DNA from: Dehalococcoidia bacterium
GTDB lineage: Bacteria; Chloroflexota; Dehalococcoidia; Lucifugimonadales; UBA3495
Assembly (NCBI GenBank): GCA_022821365.1
Contig: JAJEDS010000190.1
Span: forward strand, 1 to 48,589
DNA: 48,589 nt
Reading direction: 5' to 3'
Of this stretch, positions 24,024-34,273 are shown piece by piece. The notes beneath the pieces were generated by a model. The model made no database searches. It saw nothing but the letters and a program-made list of their open reading frames with translations, and was not told the origin of the DNA. Numbering within the stretch: position 1 is the first letter of the stretch; every line of letters starts with the position of its first letter. The translations under genes and the position numbers were made by a program.

Positions 24024-25841
24024 ATGCCCGTCAGCAACGAAGACATAGCGGAAATATTCGAGAGCATGGCCACCCTCCTGGAGATGAAGGGCGACACCGT
24101 GTTCAAGATCCGCGCCTACCAGCGTGCCGCCCGCACCATCGGCCACCTCTCCTTTTCCCTTGAGCAGGCGGTGGGAGAAGGCGTCGACCTGAAGAAAATT
24201 CCGGACATTGGCAAGGCCATCAGTGAAAAGACCCAGGAATACCTGGAAACTGGACGCATCCGCGCCTACGACGAACTGGTGGGCGAGCTGCCCGACGGTG
24301 TCCTGACCCTCATGACCATTCCCGGCATTGGACCCAAGTCGGCCATGACGATTTCTCAGGAACTGGGCATCAGCACCATCGAAGGTATCGAAAAGGCCAT
24401 TCACGACGGTTCGCTGGCCGCCCTGCCCCGCATGGGGCGGCGCACCGCTCAGAACATTCTCCGCCATCTCCAGACCGTGGGCGCCAAGAACGGGCGCACC
24501 CCCATAGGGCCCGCCCTGGCCGTAGCGGAAGAAACGGTTGACACTCTCCGCGCCGAATGTCCCTTTATCGAGCAACTCTACCCCGCCGGAAGCCTGCGCC
24601 GCTGGGAAGAAACCATCGGAGACATTGACCTGGTGGGCGTAGCGCCGGAGGATCAGCAGGCAAAGGTGGGGGATGTCCTGGCGTCGTTGCCCGCAATCCA
24701 GGAAGTGCTGGTGCACGGCCCGAAGAAGACCAGCGTCGTGCTGGAAGAGGGAATACAGGTAGACCTGCGGTTGGGCGATGCCGCATCTTTTGGCGCCATG
24801 CTCCAGTATTTTTCGGGCAGCCAGCAGCACAACATTCGCCTGCGCGACTTCGCCAACCGCAAAGGGTACTCCCTGAACGAGTACGGCATTACCAACCTGT
24901 CCACCGGCGACGCAAGCCACTTCCCCGACGAGGAGTCCTTTTACGGTTTCCTGGGCCTGCCTTACATTGCGCCGGAGTTGCGCCTCGGCTTTAACGAACT
25001 GGAAGTGGCCCAGGCCAACGCCCTGCCCAACCTGGTGACGGTGTCTGACCTGAAGGGCGACCTGCACCTGCACAGCGAGTGGAGCGACAGCCGCGACCCC
25101 ATCGAGCGCATGGTGGAAGCGGCGGTGGAGCAGGGCTACCACTACATGGCCCTGACCGACCATTCATCCGGCCGGGGCATCGCCAACGGCCTCTCCAACG
25201 AGCGACTGGTGGAGCAGATTGGCATCCTGCGGGACCTGCAGTCCAGCTACCCGATAACCATCCTGTGCGGGTCGGAAGTGGATATTCGCGCCGACGGCAC
25301 CCTTGACTACCCTGATGAACTGCTGGCCGAGCTGGACGTGGTGGTGGCATCGGTGCATTCCGCCATGGGCCAGGACAGCGATACCATGACCCGGCGCATC
25401 ATCCGGGCCATGGAGCATCCCTCGGTAACCATCATCGGCCACGCATCCACCCGCCTGCTGAGCCGCCGGCAGCCTGTGGAGTTCGACATCGAGGCGCTGC
25501 TGCGGGCGGCCCGGGAAACGGGCACGGCCATGGAAGTCAACTCGGCGCCGGAACGTATGGACCTGAAGGATACCCACGCCCACCGGGCCAGGGAACTGGG
25601 CGTACCGCTGGCCATCAACACCGATTCGCACCACTACACCAGCCTGGGACAGCGGCGCTTCGGGGTAGGCATCGCCAGGCGCGCCTGGTGCGAGTCCAGG
25701 CACATCCTGAACACGCTGCCCCTTGACCGGTTCCTGGCCTACATTCGCGCCCCCAAGCCGCATCGGCTCGAAATTTTCGACTCCCGCGACGACGTGCCGG
25801 CCGCAACCCCTACACTCCCCAGTCCATTGGTATCCCCGTGA
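24024..25841 (+). CDS. polX: DNA polymerase/3'-5' exonuclease PolX (Pol beta-like domain plus PHP domain)
   Basis: N-terminus IAEIFESMATLLEMKGDTVFKIRAYQRAA, HhH motif IPGIGPKSA, nucleotidyltransferase motif GSLRRWEETIGDIDLV, and PHP motifs GDLHLHSEWSDS and TDH. Confidence 0.92.
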   Translation: MPVSNEDIAEIFESMATLLEMKGDTVFKIRAYQRAARTIGHLSFSLEQAVGEGVDLKKIPDIGKAISEKTQEYLETGRIRAYDELVGELPDGVLTLMTIPGIGPKSAMTISQELGISTIEGIEKAIHDGSLAALPRMGRRTAQNILRHLQTVGAKNGRTPIGPALAVAEETVDTLRAECPFIEQLYPAGSLRRWEETIGDIDLVGVAPEDQQAKVGDVLASLPAIQEVLVHGPKKTSVVLEEGIQVDLRLGDAASFGAMLQYFSGSQQHNIRLRDFANRKGYSLNEYGITNLSTGDASHFPDEESFYGFLGLPYIAPELRLGFNELEVAQANALPNLVTVSDLKGDLHLHSEWSDSRDPIERMVEAAVEQGYHYMALTDHSSGRGIANGLSNERLVEQIGILRDLQSSYPITILCGSEVDIRADGTLDYPDELLAELDVVVASVHSAMGQDSDTMTRRIIRAMEHPSVTIIGHASTRLLSRRQPVEFDIEALLRAARETGTAMEVNSAPERMDLKDTHAHRARELGVPLAINTDSHHYTSLGQRRFGVGIARRAWCESRHILNTLPLDRFLAYIRAPKPHRLEIFDSRDDVPAATPTLPSPLVSP

Positions 25842-26614
25842 CCTGGCAGTCCTGGCATAACGACCTTCCCGGTTCCGTTACCGCCGACGTTGAGGCTACC
25901 GGCCATTCCGCCGAAGATAACGCCGGCGTCCTGGCTGCCACGGCTCCGGACGCGGTCCTTCACCTTCGCGCTGCGGTGCGGTCAGGAGCAGCCTGGCCCC
26001 GGGCCCTGCTGGAGGCCATGGCCCTCTGGACCAGTCCCGAAGAGACCCGGCAGGATCGGACATTCCGTTACTTGATTGCCGGCGAGGCCCTGGACTGGCT
26101 TACCCTGGCCGAACGGCTGTGTCCTGAAATCGAGGACTTCATTCCCCCCGCAGACCTGGAACGCCTGCTTTTTGAGGGCCGGCTGCCCGACGACGTTACC
26201 CCCGAGGAGTTCAAGGACTGGATAGGCGGCAACAAGCACCGGGCTTACCTGAACTACTGGTATGGCGTAATAGTAGAGGAGGCCCTGCAGCAGTCTGCGG
26301 AAGACGACGTGCGCAAGCGGGAAAAGGCCCGCTGCTACCCCGACCACGAGGAAATGGTGGAGGAGGCCTTTACCCACATCTACGGGAAGACCCGAGCCGA
26401 ATTGCTTCAGAACTACCGGAAGGAAGCCGGCATCCCCGAATATGCCCCCCTGTCCCTGGCGGACTGCAAGGAATTTACCTACTGGCTGTCCAAGCTGCGC
26501 TTCAATCTCTGGGACCCGGCCCGGGTCGCCAGCGACACCCGCAAGGGAATCCGCTACCTCAACTGGCTGGAGCAAGTCCCCGGGCCGCTGCTGGAGGAGG
26601 ATATGGAGGGCTAG
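25838..26614 (+). CDS. Hypothetical protein translationally coupled to polX
   Basis: GTG 25838 overlaps the polX stop (GTGA). The 258-aa ORF has coding-like composition but I recognise no family. Confidence 0.55.
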   Translation: MTWQSWHNDLPGSVTADVEATGHSAEDNAGVLAATAPDAVLHLRAAVRSGAAWPRALLEAMALWTSPEETRQDRTFRYLIAGEALDWLTLAERLCPEIEDFIPPADLERLLFEGRLPDDVTPEEFKDWIGGNKHRAYLNYWYGVIVEEALQQSAEDDVRKREKARCYPDHEEMVEEAFTHIYGKTRAELLQNYRKEAGIPEYAPLSLADCKEFTYWLSKLRFNLWDPARVASDTRKGIRYLNWLEQVPGPLLEEDMEG

Positions 26615-26928
26615 TCGAGCCGGCGAACATTCAGGGGCTGTTGTCAAATTGGAAGTAGAAATCTCCCCGCTTTCCATTACGTCGTTCCCGAGCAGGCGGG
26701 TACCTCGCAGCCAGGCCGGCTTGCATTCAGGTTCTCTCCATCGGTGCGCCATTCCGCTGGGCAATTCCTGGCGTTGATGTCTTCTCCAAAATACCCTGTG
26801 CGTTTTTTCCTCTTCTGTGCCTCTTGGCAACGAAAGCCTGCGGGTTCGGTCAGCGTTTCAGCTATCCGCGTTAGTGGCCGGCATCAGCCTGATGAATTGT
26901 TATTCACATTTCTCTAATCACCAACATA

Positions 26929-26957
26929 TTGAAAACCCTGCCCTTCCCGTCTAAAAT
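26929..26957 (+). promoter_or_regulatory. Candidate sigma70-type promoter of rpsA
   Basis: TTGAAA (26929-26934), 17 nt, TAAAAT (26952-26957), about 90 nt upstream of the ATG at 27047. Confidence 0.5.
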
Positions 26958-27046
26958 CTGCTGGGCCCAGTTGGATTAAAGTCGGCAAAATTTTGTGCAG
27001 GGCGACCAGGTGTCTCCCTCCAGCTGCGGCAGGAGTAACCCCCGGC

Positions 27047-28141
27047 ATGGTAAGCAGCAATTACGAAGAAGTTTCCACTATGGCAGAATTGTCCGAGCAG
27101 GACTTGTCGCCCCGTCGTTATCAACGGGGCGAAATTGTAGAAGGCGAGGTGGTGCGGGTGGACGACGACGGTATTGTCGTCAGCATCGGCCTCAAGACTG
27201 AAGGCATAGTTCCTCCCCAGGAAATGAGGACCCTGTCCCAGGAGGAGCGGGATGGTCTGTGTTCCGGGGACAGCGTAATGGTCACAGTGAAGGGTGGCCG
27301 GGGCCCCGGCGACATGGCACTTCTCTCCCTCGACGCGGCCAAGGAGGAGCAGGGCTGGCTGGACCTGCTCCAGCACTCCAAGGAAGGCGATACCATCACC
27401 GCTCGGGTGGTGGAACAGAACCGGGGCGGCGTGGTGGTCAACTACCAGGGCATCCGCGGGTTCGTTCCCTTTTCCCAGTTGGCGCCCATGCCCAGCGACA
27501 CCCGCGAACAGGCCATCGCGGAACGCATGGGCCAGGAATTCCCCTTCCACATCCTGGAAGTGGACCAGGCCAGGGAGCGTCTGGTGCTGTCCGAACGCGC
27601 CATCTGGCAGAAACAGCAGGAAGAGGAGCGGGACCAATTCCTGGCTACTCTGGAAGAGGGAAGCAGGGTCAGCGGCAGGGTAACGTCCTTGCGAGGATTC
27701 GGAGCCTTCGTCAACCTGGGCAAGGCCGAGGGCCTGGTCCACATTTCCGAGCTTTCCTGGAGCCGTATCAAGGGGCCGGAAGAGGTAGTCAGCGTCGGGC
27801 AGGAACTGGAAGTGCAGATACTCAAGGTGGACCCGGAAACCAAGCGCATCAGTCTCAGCCTGAAGCGCACCCTGCCCGAACCCTGGGAAACGGTGCCCGA
27901 GCGCTACAACGTAGGCGACATTGTCGATGGCACGGTTACGCGCCTGGCCGACTTCGGCGCCTTCGTGCGGCTGGAAGACTGGGTCGAGGGTCTGGTCCAC
28001 ATCTCCGAACTTTCTCCCCGCCAGGTCAAAAACCCCAGCGAATGCGTTTACGTCAACCAGCAGGTCCGCGTGCTGATCATGGATATCGACCCGGTTAAGC
28101 GGCGTATCAGCCTCAGTTACAAAAAGGCCTTTGGAATGTAG
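27047..28141 (+). CDS. rpsA: 30S ribosomal protein S1 (four S1 domains)
   Basis: Repeated S1 motifs are present (G.IV.G.V....D.G..V..G...EG..., for example GRVTSLRGFGAFVNLGKAEGLVHISELS and GTVTRLADFGAFVRLEDWVEGLVHISELS). ATG 27047 follows AGGAG. An alternative ATG is at 27080. Confidence 0.88.
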   Translation: MVSSNYEEVSTMAELSEQDLSPRRYQRGEIVEGEVVRVDDDGIVVSIGLKTEGIVPPQEMRTLSQEERDGLCSGDSVMVTVKGGRGPGDMALLSLDAAKEEQGWLDLLQHSKEGDTITARVVEQNRGGVVVNYQGIRGFVPFSQLAPMPSDTREQAIAERMGQEFPFHILEVDQARERLVLSERAIWQKQQEEERDQFLATLEEGSRVSGRVTSLRGFGAFVNLGKAEGLVHISELSWSRIKGPEEVVSVGQELEVQILKVDPETKRISLSLKRTLPEPWETVPERYNVGDIVDGTVTRLADFGAFVRLEDWVEGLVHISELSPRQVKNPSECVYVNQQVRVLIMDIDPVKRRISLSYKKAFGM

Positions 28142-28143
28142 CA

Positions 28144-28938
28144 ATGTCCCCAAACGAAGAAGCCCACGCTGCCGGCGGAGAACCAACGGAACCCACCCGG
28201 ACTGCCGAGTCGCCGGCCTCCGCACCTGGTGAACAGCCGACATCCCAGGAACTGGGCCGGGTGGAGCGGCCGCCGGCCGACCTGTTCCAGGGCAAGCGGC
28301 GGTTGCTGCTGGTGCCCCTGATGCTGGCGCCGCCACCCGACCTGACCGAGGAAAATCCCGAACCCCAGGCAATCTACGACCGGTACTGGGACCAGGTCCG
28401 CACTCAGGTAGATGCCCTGGCCTCCGCCATGGGCGGCCTGCACCGTATCTACCATGAAAGCATGATGGAAGGCGGGGATGCGGGTATGGCCTATCTTGAG
28501 ATGGCCGACCCCAATGCTTACGCCCTGGCTCACGTCCGTTATCAGGCCGGCGCTACCCTGGAAGCCACCGAGGACTTTAACCTGATTTCCGAGACCCTGG
28601 ACTTGCAGCGATGCCTGATGCTTCCCCTGACCAACGAAGGTGTGGCCACCCGTTTGCAGCAGTGGTTGGCCGAAAGCACACATGGCCGTTACGAACACAT
28701 TGCCGGCCAGATTGACCAGACCCTTCAGCCCGACGAAACCGGCCTGCTGCTGATTGGTGAGCGCCACCAGGTCCAGTTTCCTGCCGATATAGAGGTGTTC
28801 TACGTGGCGCCGCCGGCCCTGGACGAGTACCGCCGCTGGCTCCAGAACTGGGCCGCCGCCCAGCAAAGGGCTGCGGAAGCAGACATGGCAGCTGAGTGGG
28901 AGGCGGATGGTGAAGAGTCAAGCAACCAGCAAGCCTGA
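28144..28938 (+). CDS. Hypothetical protein immediately downstream of rpsA
   Basis: The ATG lies 2 nt after the rpsA stop. The N-terminal ~40 aa are Pro/Glu/Thr-rich and the rest looks globular. I recognise no family. Confidence 0.5.
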   Translation: MSPNEEAHAAGGEPTEPTRTAESPASAPGEQPTSQELGRVERPPADLFQGKRRLLLVPLMLAPPPDLTEENPEPQAIYDRYWDQVRTQVDALASAMGGLHRIYHESMMEGGDAGMAYLEMADPNAYALAHVRYQAGATLEATEDFNLISETLDLQRCLMLPLTNEGVATRLQQWLAESTHGRYEHIAGQIDQTLQPDETGLLLIGERHQVQFPADIEVFYVAPPALDEYRRWLQNWAAAQQRAAEADMAAEWEADGEESSNQQA

Positions 28939-29097
28939 TTGGCCGTATTCCTGTTCTCCGGCCCACCAGATTTAGCAGCTATTACAGGGCAATCACCTTT
29001 TTCAGCCACTTCTTGCGACTGACTGCCCTTGAAACCGTCGAAGGTCCCAGTTCACCTATAGTCTGAAGCTTGATTGCTTTCAGTTACGGGAAATTAC

Positions 29098-29127
29098 TTG
29101 ACATAGAGAAATTTACTTGAATATAAT
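29098..29127 (+). promoter_or_regulatory. Candidate sigma70-type promoter of pyrG
   Basis: TTGACA (29098-29103), 18 nt, TATAAT (29122-29127), about 120 nt upstream of the ATG at 29249. Confidence 0.6.
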
Positions 29128-29248
29128 CAAGCCGGCTCCAGTCCACCAGCCAAGCTCCCCGGCATGGGCCGTCTCCCTTACCCATCCAGGACAGCACTTT
29201 CTCCAGACCTATTTTTTTGTCGCCTCTCGATTGGTTAATGGCTGAGGC

Positions 29249-30889
29249 ATGACCACCAAGTATATTTTTGTCACAGGCGGAGTAGTCAGCTCCATCGGCA
29301 AGGGGATTTGCGTCGCCTCCATAGGCCGTCTCCTTAAGAGCCGCGGACTTTCCGTCTCCGTGGCAAAGCTTGATCCCTACCTGAATGTCGATCCGGGTAC
29401 CATGTCTCCCTACCAGCATGGCGAGGTTTTCGTAACCAAGGATGGGGGAGAGACAGACCTGGACCTGGGCCATTACGAGCGGTTCATTGATGTCGAACTT
29501 ACCCGATCCTCCAACCTCACCGCCGGCCAGGTTTACATGACCCTGATTGCCAGGGAACGGCGGGGGGATTTTTTGGGCGGAACTATTCAGACGGTGCCCC
29601 ACGTTACCAACGAAATCAAGGCTCGCCTTACCGAACTGGCCGAGGAATCCCAGCTGGACGTGCTGGTGGTGGAGGTTGGCGGCACCGTGGGCGACATTGA
29701 GGGTCTGCCCTTCCTGGAAGCTATCCGCCAGATGCGCAAGGACGTTGGCCGGAATAACGTTTGCTACGTTCATCTCACCTTGCTGCCCTACATTACCGGG
29801 GCCGAGGAATTGAAGACCAAGCCAACTCAGCATAGCGTCAAGGAGTTGCGCGGCATCGGCATTCAGCCTGACGCTCTGATCTGCCGCAGCGACATGCCCA
29901 TATCTGACTCGATCCGCGAGAAATTGTCCCTGTTCTGCGACGTAGACGGTGAAGCGGTCATACCTCTCCAGACAGTGGAAAATGTCTACGAGGTGCCCCT
30001 GATCCTGGAACAGGCCGGACTGGGCGAATTCATAATGGATCTGCTGCGCCTTAAAGGGCGGCCGCACGACCTGACGGAATGGTCCCAGATGGTGGAACGC
30101 ATGAGCAGGCCCAAGGGAAGGTTGCCCATCGCCATCGTCGGCAAATACGTTGAGTACCCCGATTCATACCTTTCGGTGCGGGAGGCCCTGCGCCACGCCG
30201 GCACGGCCTATGACCAGGAAGTGGATATCAGGTGGGTGCATTCGGAAGACGTGGAGCGCAACGGCCCGGAAATGTATCTGGACGGCGTGCAGGGCATCGT
30301 GGTGCCCGGTGGATTCGGCCCCAGGGGCGTCGAGGGCATGATCGACACTGTACAATACGCCCGCAATAACAATATTCCTTACCTGGGCCTGTGCCTCGGT
30401 ATGCAGGTGATGGTAATTGACTGGGCCAGGCACGTTTTGGGGCTGGAAGGGGCCAATTCGTCGGAACTGGACCCGGAAACTCCCTACCCGGTAATCCACA
30501 TAATGCCGGAACAGGCAGCGGTCACCGACATGGGCGGCACCATGCGTCTGGGAGGCTATCCCTGCCTTCCTCAGAAAAACACGCTTACGTCCTTTGCCTA
30601 CGGAAAAGAAGAGATTCAGGAAAGGCACCGTCACCGGTTTGAAGTGAACAACCGGTACCGGGAAAGCCTGGAAGAATCCGGCATGATCATGGGGGGCCTC
30701 TCGCCGGACGGCAAGCTGGTGGAGACAGCCGAGGTTTCCAGCCATCCCTTCATGGTGGGGGTCCAGTTCCACCCGGAGTTTCAGTCTCGCCCCAACCGGC
30801 CCCACCCCTTGTTCTGCGAATTCGTCCGGCAGTCGCTGGGGACCATGCTTGAGGGCAGCCAGCAGGCCCTGCCCCTTGAAGCCAGGTAG
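29249..30889 (+). CDS. pyrG: CTP synthase
   Basis: N-terminus [19 protein letters not shown], plus [21 protein letters not shown] and the glutaminase motifs GLCLGMQ and FHPEF. 546 aa. Confidence 0.96.
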   Translation: MTTKYIFVTGGVVSSIGKGICVASIGRLLKSRGLSVSVAKLDPYLNVDPGTMSPYQHGEVFVTKDGGETDLDLGHYERFIDVELTRSSNLTAGQVYMTLIARERRGDFLGGTIQTVPHVTNEIKARLTELAEESQLDVLVVEVGGTVGDIEGLPFLEAIRQMRKDVGRNNVCYVHLTLLPYITGAEELKTKPTQHSVKELRGIGIQPDALICRSDMPISDSIREKLSLFCDVDGEAVIPLQTVENVYEVPLILEQAGLGEFIMDLLRLKGRPHDLTEWSQMVERMSRPKGRLPIAIVGKYVEYPDSYLSVREALRHAGTAYDQEVDIRWVHSEDVERNGPEMYLDGVQGIVVPGGFGPRGVEGMIDTVQYARNNNIPYLGLCLGMQVMVIDWARHVLGLEGANSSELDPETPYPVIHIMPEQAAVTDMGGTMRLGGYPCLPQKNTLTSFAYGKEEIQERHRHRFEVNNRYRESLEESGMIMGGLSPDGKLVETAEVSSHPFMVGVQFHPEFQSRPNRPHPLFCEFVRQSLGTMLEGSQQALPLEAR

Positions 30890-31004
30890 GGGGGCATGGA
30901 AATATACCGCGTTTCAGGTGGTTGAGACCTGAGGGAATTGCGGACAACTCTCTTAAGTATCGAATAGAAACAACTGCCACTGAACCAGGCCAGGCAGGAT
31001 TGCT

Positions 31005-31664
31005 GTGAAGATTTTTCTGGATACCGCGAACATTGATGAAATACGCGAGGGCGCCGAACTTGGAATCGTAACCGGCGTTACTACCAACCCTTCCCTGGCT
31101 GCCAAGGAAGGCATCGGCGGCAAGGCCGGCTACCGCGCCGCGGTGGAAGAAATTGCCGACATTATCGACGGCCCCATTTCAGTGGAGGTGGTCAGCACCG
31201 ACGCCGAGGGAATGGTCGCTGAAGGCCGGGACATTGCCGAATGGATCGCAAACCCTTGGGTCAAAATCCCCAGCACCACCGAGGGCTTCAAGGCCATATC
31301 CGTGCTGGCGCGGGACGGAATCAAGATAAACCAGACCCTTTGCTTCTCCGTGAACCAGGCCATCCTGGGCGCCCAGGCCGGGTCCACTGTTGTCAGTCCG
31401 TTCATCGGCCGCCTGGACGACATAGGGCAGGAAGGGATGGCCCTGGTTGAAGACATTGTCGCCATTTTCCGGCAATACGAAATCCCCACCTTGGTAATGG
31501 CGGCCAGCATTCGCCATGCCCTGCACTGCACCATGGCTGCGAAGTCAGGGGCGGATATTTCCACCGTCCCCTATCCCGTTCTGAAGCAAATGGTGCAGCA
31601 TCCCCTTACTGACGCTGGGCTCGCCCGTTTCCTGCAGGACTGGGAAAAAGCGGGCAATGCCTGA
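31005..31664 (+). CDS. fsa: Short transaldolase / fructose-6-phosphate aldolase family protein
   Basis: GTG start. MKIFLDTANIDEIRE...VTGVTTNPSL, VKIP and SPFIGRLDD are the canonical TalC/FSA pattern. 219 aa. Confidence 0.9.
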   Translation: MKIFLDTANIDEIREGAELGIVTGVTTNPSLAAKEGIGGKAGYRAAVEEIADIIDGPISVEVVSTDAEGMVAEGRDIAEWIANPWVKIPSTTEGFKAISVLARDGIKINQTLCFSVNQAILGAQAGSTVVSPFIGRLDDIGQEGMALVEDIVAIFRQYEIPTLVMAASIRHALHCTMAAKSGADISTVPYPVLKQMVQHPLTDAGLARFLQDWEKAGNA

Positions 31665-32012
31665 AAAAATACGAACCGGTGCCTTGACATAACAGATGAC
31701 ACAATGGCCAAATGATATATGGGGAATTAACCTATCCTTGCGGTGCGAGGACCTTCTTCAGAAAGCATAGCCCTCTGCAAGAGTGGATAAATCCGGCTAT
31801 TTCCTTTTCCGACGAGGGCCGGCGCTGGAATAGCAACCCAACAACGGCAGGCGGTCTGGGCAGGAAAGGCCCCCGCCGGCTACCCCAGTCTCTTTGATCC
31901 CTTAACATTTGGAAGGCTTCCCGACTCGGGACTGTACCCCTTCATTCCCAATTCGGGTCGTTTACGGCCCACCGGCAGAGCGCATAGCGGCCGGTCCCAA
32001 GAGCAAATCGAG

Positions 32013-33314
32013 GTGATGATGACGACTACTACCAAGCCCAGGATGATGGACGTAGCCGAAATGGGGGCTATGACCAAGGAGCAACTGCTCGACATGGCCG
32101 AGGATTACGGCTTGGAAGATGGCGCGGCCCTGGCGGCAGTCCGCCGGGAAGACGTCCTTAACCGGATGCTGCACGCCGTCTCCTCCCAGCAGTCCCTCCT
32201 CTCCTCCGGTATCCTGGAGATAATGGACGAGGGATACGGTTTCCTCCGCCAGATCAACTATTTGCCGGCCACGGGCGACGTCTACATTTCCCAGTCCCAG
32301 ATTCGCCGGTTCGGCCTCCGTACCGGGGACACCGTAACCGGACAGGTGCGCCCGCCCAAGGAAGGTGAGCGCTACTTTGGGCTGGTTCGAGTTGAAAGAG
32401 TCAACGGGCTGGAAACCGACCAGGTCCATGCCAGGTACCGGGCCCAGTTCGAATACCTTACCCCCATCTTCCCGGAACGGCAGGTGGTGCTCGAGACCGA
32501 CAGTGTCAACCTCTCCACCCGCATGGTCGACCTCTTCGCCCCCATAGGGCTGGGTCAGCGGGGACTGATCGTCTCGCCCCCAAAGGCGGGTAAGACAACC
32601 ATCCTGAAGCAGATCGCCCACAGCGTGTCCCTCAACATGCCCGAGGCGGTCCTGATGGTGGTGCTGATCGGCGAGCGCCCTGAAGAGGTAACCGACATGC
32701 GCCGCGCCGTTGACGGTGACGTCTTCGCCTCCACCTTTGATGAGTCGGTGGAGGAACAGTGCCGCGTGGCCGAGTTGGCCCTGGAACGGTCCAAGCGGCT
32801 GGTGGAGAACGGACAGGACGTCATCATCCTGCTGGACAGCGTTACCCGCCTGACTCGCGCCTATAACCTGGCAGTGCCCACCAGCGGCAGGACCCTGTCG
32901 GGCGGCATCGACCCGGCGGCACTCTACCCGCCCAAGAAGTTCTTCGGCGCCGCCCGTAACATCGAGGAAGGCGGCAGTCTGACCATTATCGGCACCTGCC
33001 TGGTGGATACGGGCAGCCGCATGGACGAGGTAATCTACGAGGAGTTCAAGGGCACCGGCAACATGGAACTGCACCTGGACCGGAAGTTGGCCGACCGCCG
33101 CTTCTTCCCGGCGGTGGATATCGTGCGCAGCGGCACCCGCCGGGAGGAGCTGCTGTACAGCGAGAACACCATGAAGCAGATCTGGCTGCTGCGCCGAATG
33201 ATTTCTCTTATCTCAAACGACGGCTCCACCAATGCCACCGAGCGGGTGCTGGAGCGTCTCTCCAAGTACGCCAGCAACGAGGAGTTCCTGGCCAACCTGA
33301 ATAAGGAAACCTGA
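32013..33314 (+). CDS. rho: Transcription termination factor Rho
   Basis: Motifs seen: [30 protein letters not shown], Walker [17 protein letters not shown] and SGTRREELL. The exact start is uncertain (GTG 32013, ATG 32016/32019, or downstream Met codons). Confidence 0.93.
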   Translation: MMMTTTTKPRMMDVAEMGAMTKEQLLDMAEDYGLEDGAALAAVRREDVLNRMLHAVSSQQSLLSSGILEIMDEGYGFLRQINYLPATGDVYISQSQIRRFGLRTGDTVTGQVRPPKEGERYFGLVRVERVNGLETDQVHARYRAQFEYLTPIFPERQVVLETDSVNLSTRMVDLFAPIGLGQRGLIVSPPKAGKTTILKQIAHSVSLNMPEAVLMVVLIGERPEEVTDMRRAVDGDVFASTFDESVEEQCRVAELALERSKRLVENGQDVIILLDSVTRLTRAYNLAVPTSGRTLSGGIDPAALYPPKKFFGAARNIEEGGSLTIIGTCLVDTGSRMDEVIYEEFKGTGNMELHLDRKLADRRFFPAVDIVRSGTRREELLYSENTMKQIWLLRRMISLISNDGSTNATERVLERLSKYASNEEFLANLNKET

Positions 33315-33345
33315 CCGGCAATCCCCTAAAGCGAACGGTTCGAAG

Positions 33346-33380
33346 GGCCCCCTCCTTCCGGGTAAGAGGGGGCCTTTCCG
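33346..33380 (+). terminator. Terminator-like hairpin after rho
   Basis: GGCCCCCTC, 11-nt loop, GAGGGGGCC, followed by TTTCCGTT. Confidence 0.5.
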
Positions 33381-33512
33381 TTACTCCACCAGCGGCTTTG
33401 GGCGCATATTCAAATGGCGCAGATTCTTTCCCATCAAGGGGCGTGGTATCATAAACGAAAGAGATGAGGTGATTTACGATTTTCAGGGACGGCCTATAAG
33501 GCTGCCCTCGGA

Positions 33513-33797
33513 GTGGTGGCTGCATATTATTGTCTTGCCCCTGGGTATGGCTACATGGCTTCAATGCGTTCGGGACTGGCAGAGTGTCTGCTAGACCCTG
33601 AAATTATTGGATGGTCCAGTTCAGAACCGGAAGCGGTAAAGCTCTACTACAGGTGGATCGATAACACCATTGCGGGCGCCAAGTGGGTCTGTGTGGTAGT
33701 AAGGACTTTTGATGACGGTGACGCCTTTGTTCGAACCGCTTATGTTACTAATCGTCCGAAGCAAGGCGAAAAGTTATGGCGAAAAGAGAATCAGTGA
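33513..33797 (+). CDS. Small hypothetical protein, possibly the 3' part of a frameshifted ~108-codon gene beginning at GTG 33469
   Basis: The track ORF is 94 aa. A 41-codon ORF in another frame (33469-33594, VIYDFQGRPIRLPSEWWLHIIV...) overlaps its 5' end. Joining the two near the GGG run at 33572-33574 gives one coherent small protein. Confidence 0.45.
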   Translation: MVAAYYCLAPGYGYMASMRSGLAECLLDPEIIGWSSSEPEAVKLYYRWIDNTIAGAKWVCVVVRTFDDGDAFVRTAYVTNRPKQGEKLWRKENQ

Positions 33798-34231
33798 GAG
33801 TCTGGTTTGACCATCCCGGCGGGGGCTTCCTGGAGATTTTCTGGGGGAACGACGATGGCTCAGGAAACGTACGGGATCCTGGCGGTGAACTGGACCCCAC
33901 CGTGTTTATAGACTCGGCAAACGACTTGGTGGGTTTTCACATCATCAGCCCGCTCTATGTTAAGGGCGGCTACTCGGAAGAAACCTATATATTCGAGGAC
34001 TGCCCAGGCCAACCTCTTACCGTCAAATACGACCTGGCCACTGACCTGTGGGATGTTCAGTGGGGTCGCGGAGCCGTGGAGTGTGTCGACATTCCCAATC
34101 CTCGAATCAGGGCCAGCGTTGATGCCGAGGGTGATATACAGGGAGTGTTGATATCCGGCCTTCGTACCTTTGAGGACGAAATCCTGAACCAGGACATCTA
34201 CCCGGTGAAGCCCGGAGCCGCCGCCACCTGA
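33776..34231 (+). CDS. Tandem DUF2283-like protein (putative antitoxin-like partner)
   Basis: Two DUF2283-like halves are present: VRVWFDHPGGGFLEI...FIDSANDLVGFHII and LTVKYDLATDLWDVQW...VDAEGDIQGVLISG. An alternative start at GTG 33794 overlaps the upstream stop (GTGA). Confidence 0.5.
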   Translation: MAKRESVRVWFDHPGGGFLEIFWGNDDGSGNVRDPGGELDPTVFIDSANDLVGFHIISPLYVKGGYSEETYIFEDCPGQPLTVKYDLATDLWDVQWGRGAVECVDIPNPRIRASVDAEGDIQGVLISGLRTFEDEILNQDIYPVKPGAAAT

Positions 34232-34273
34232 CGCAGGTTGCCCTGGCATTCTCTGTCACCAGGACTTATCAAA

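Noticed and set aside
29205-29220. T7 run (ctatttttttg) in the pyrG leader as a transcription attenuator, by analogy with CTP-sensitive pyrG attenuation in Bacillus.
   Set aside because: I could not find a GC-rich hairpin immediately upstream of the T-run. The flanking TCCAG motifs are direct repeats, not inverted ones. The T-run alone is insufficient.
33337-33344. GGTTCGAA motifs (33337-33344 and 48555-48562) as tRNA T-loops.
   Set aside because: No acceptor, D or anticodon arm pairing can be drawn around either site. The first lies in the rho terminator region, and the second lies inside the transposase coding sequence.
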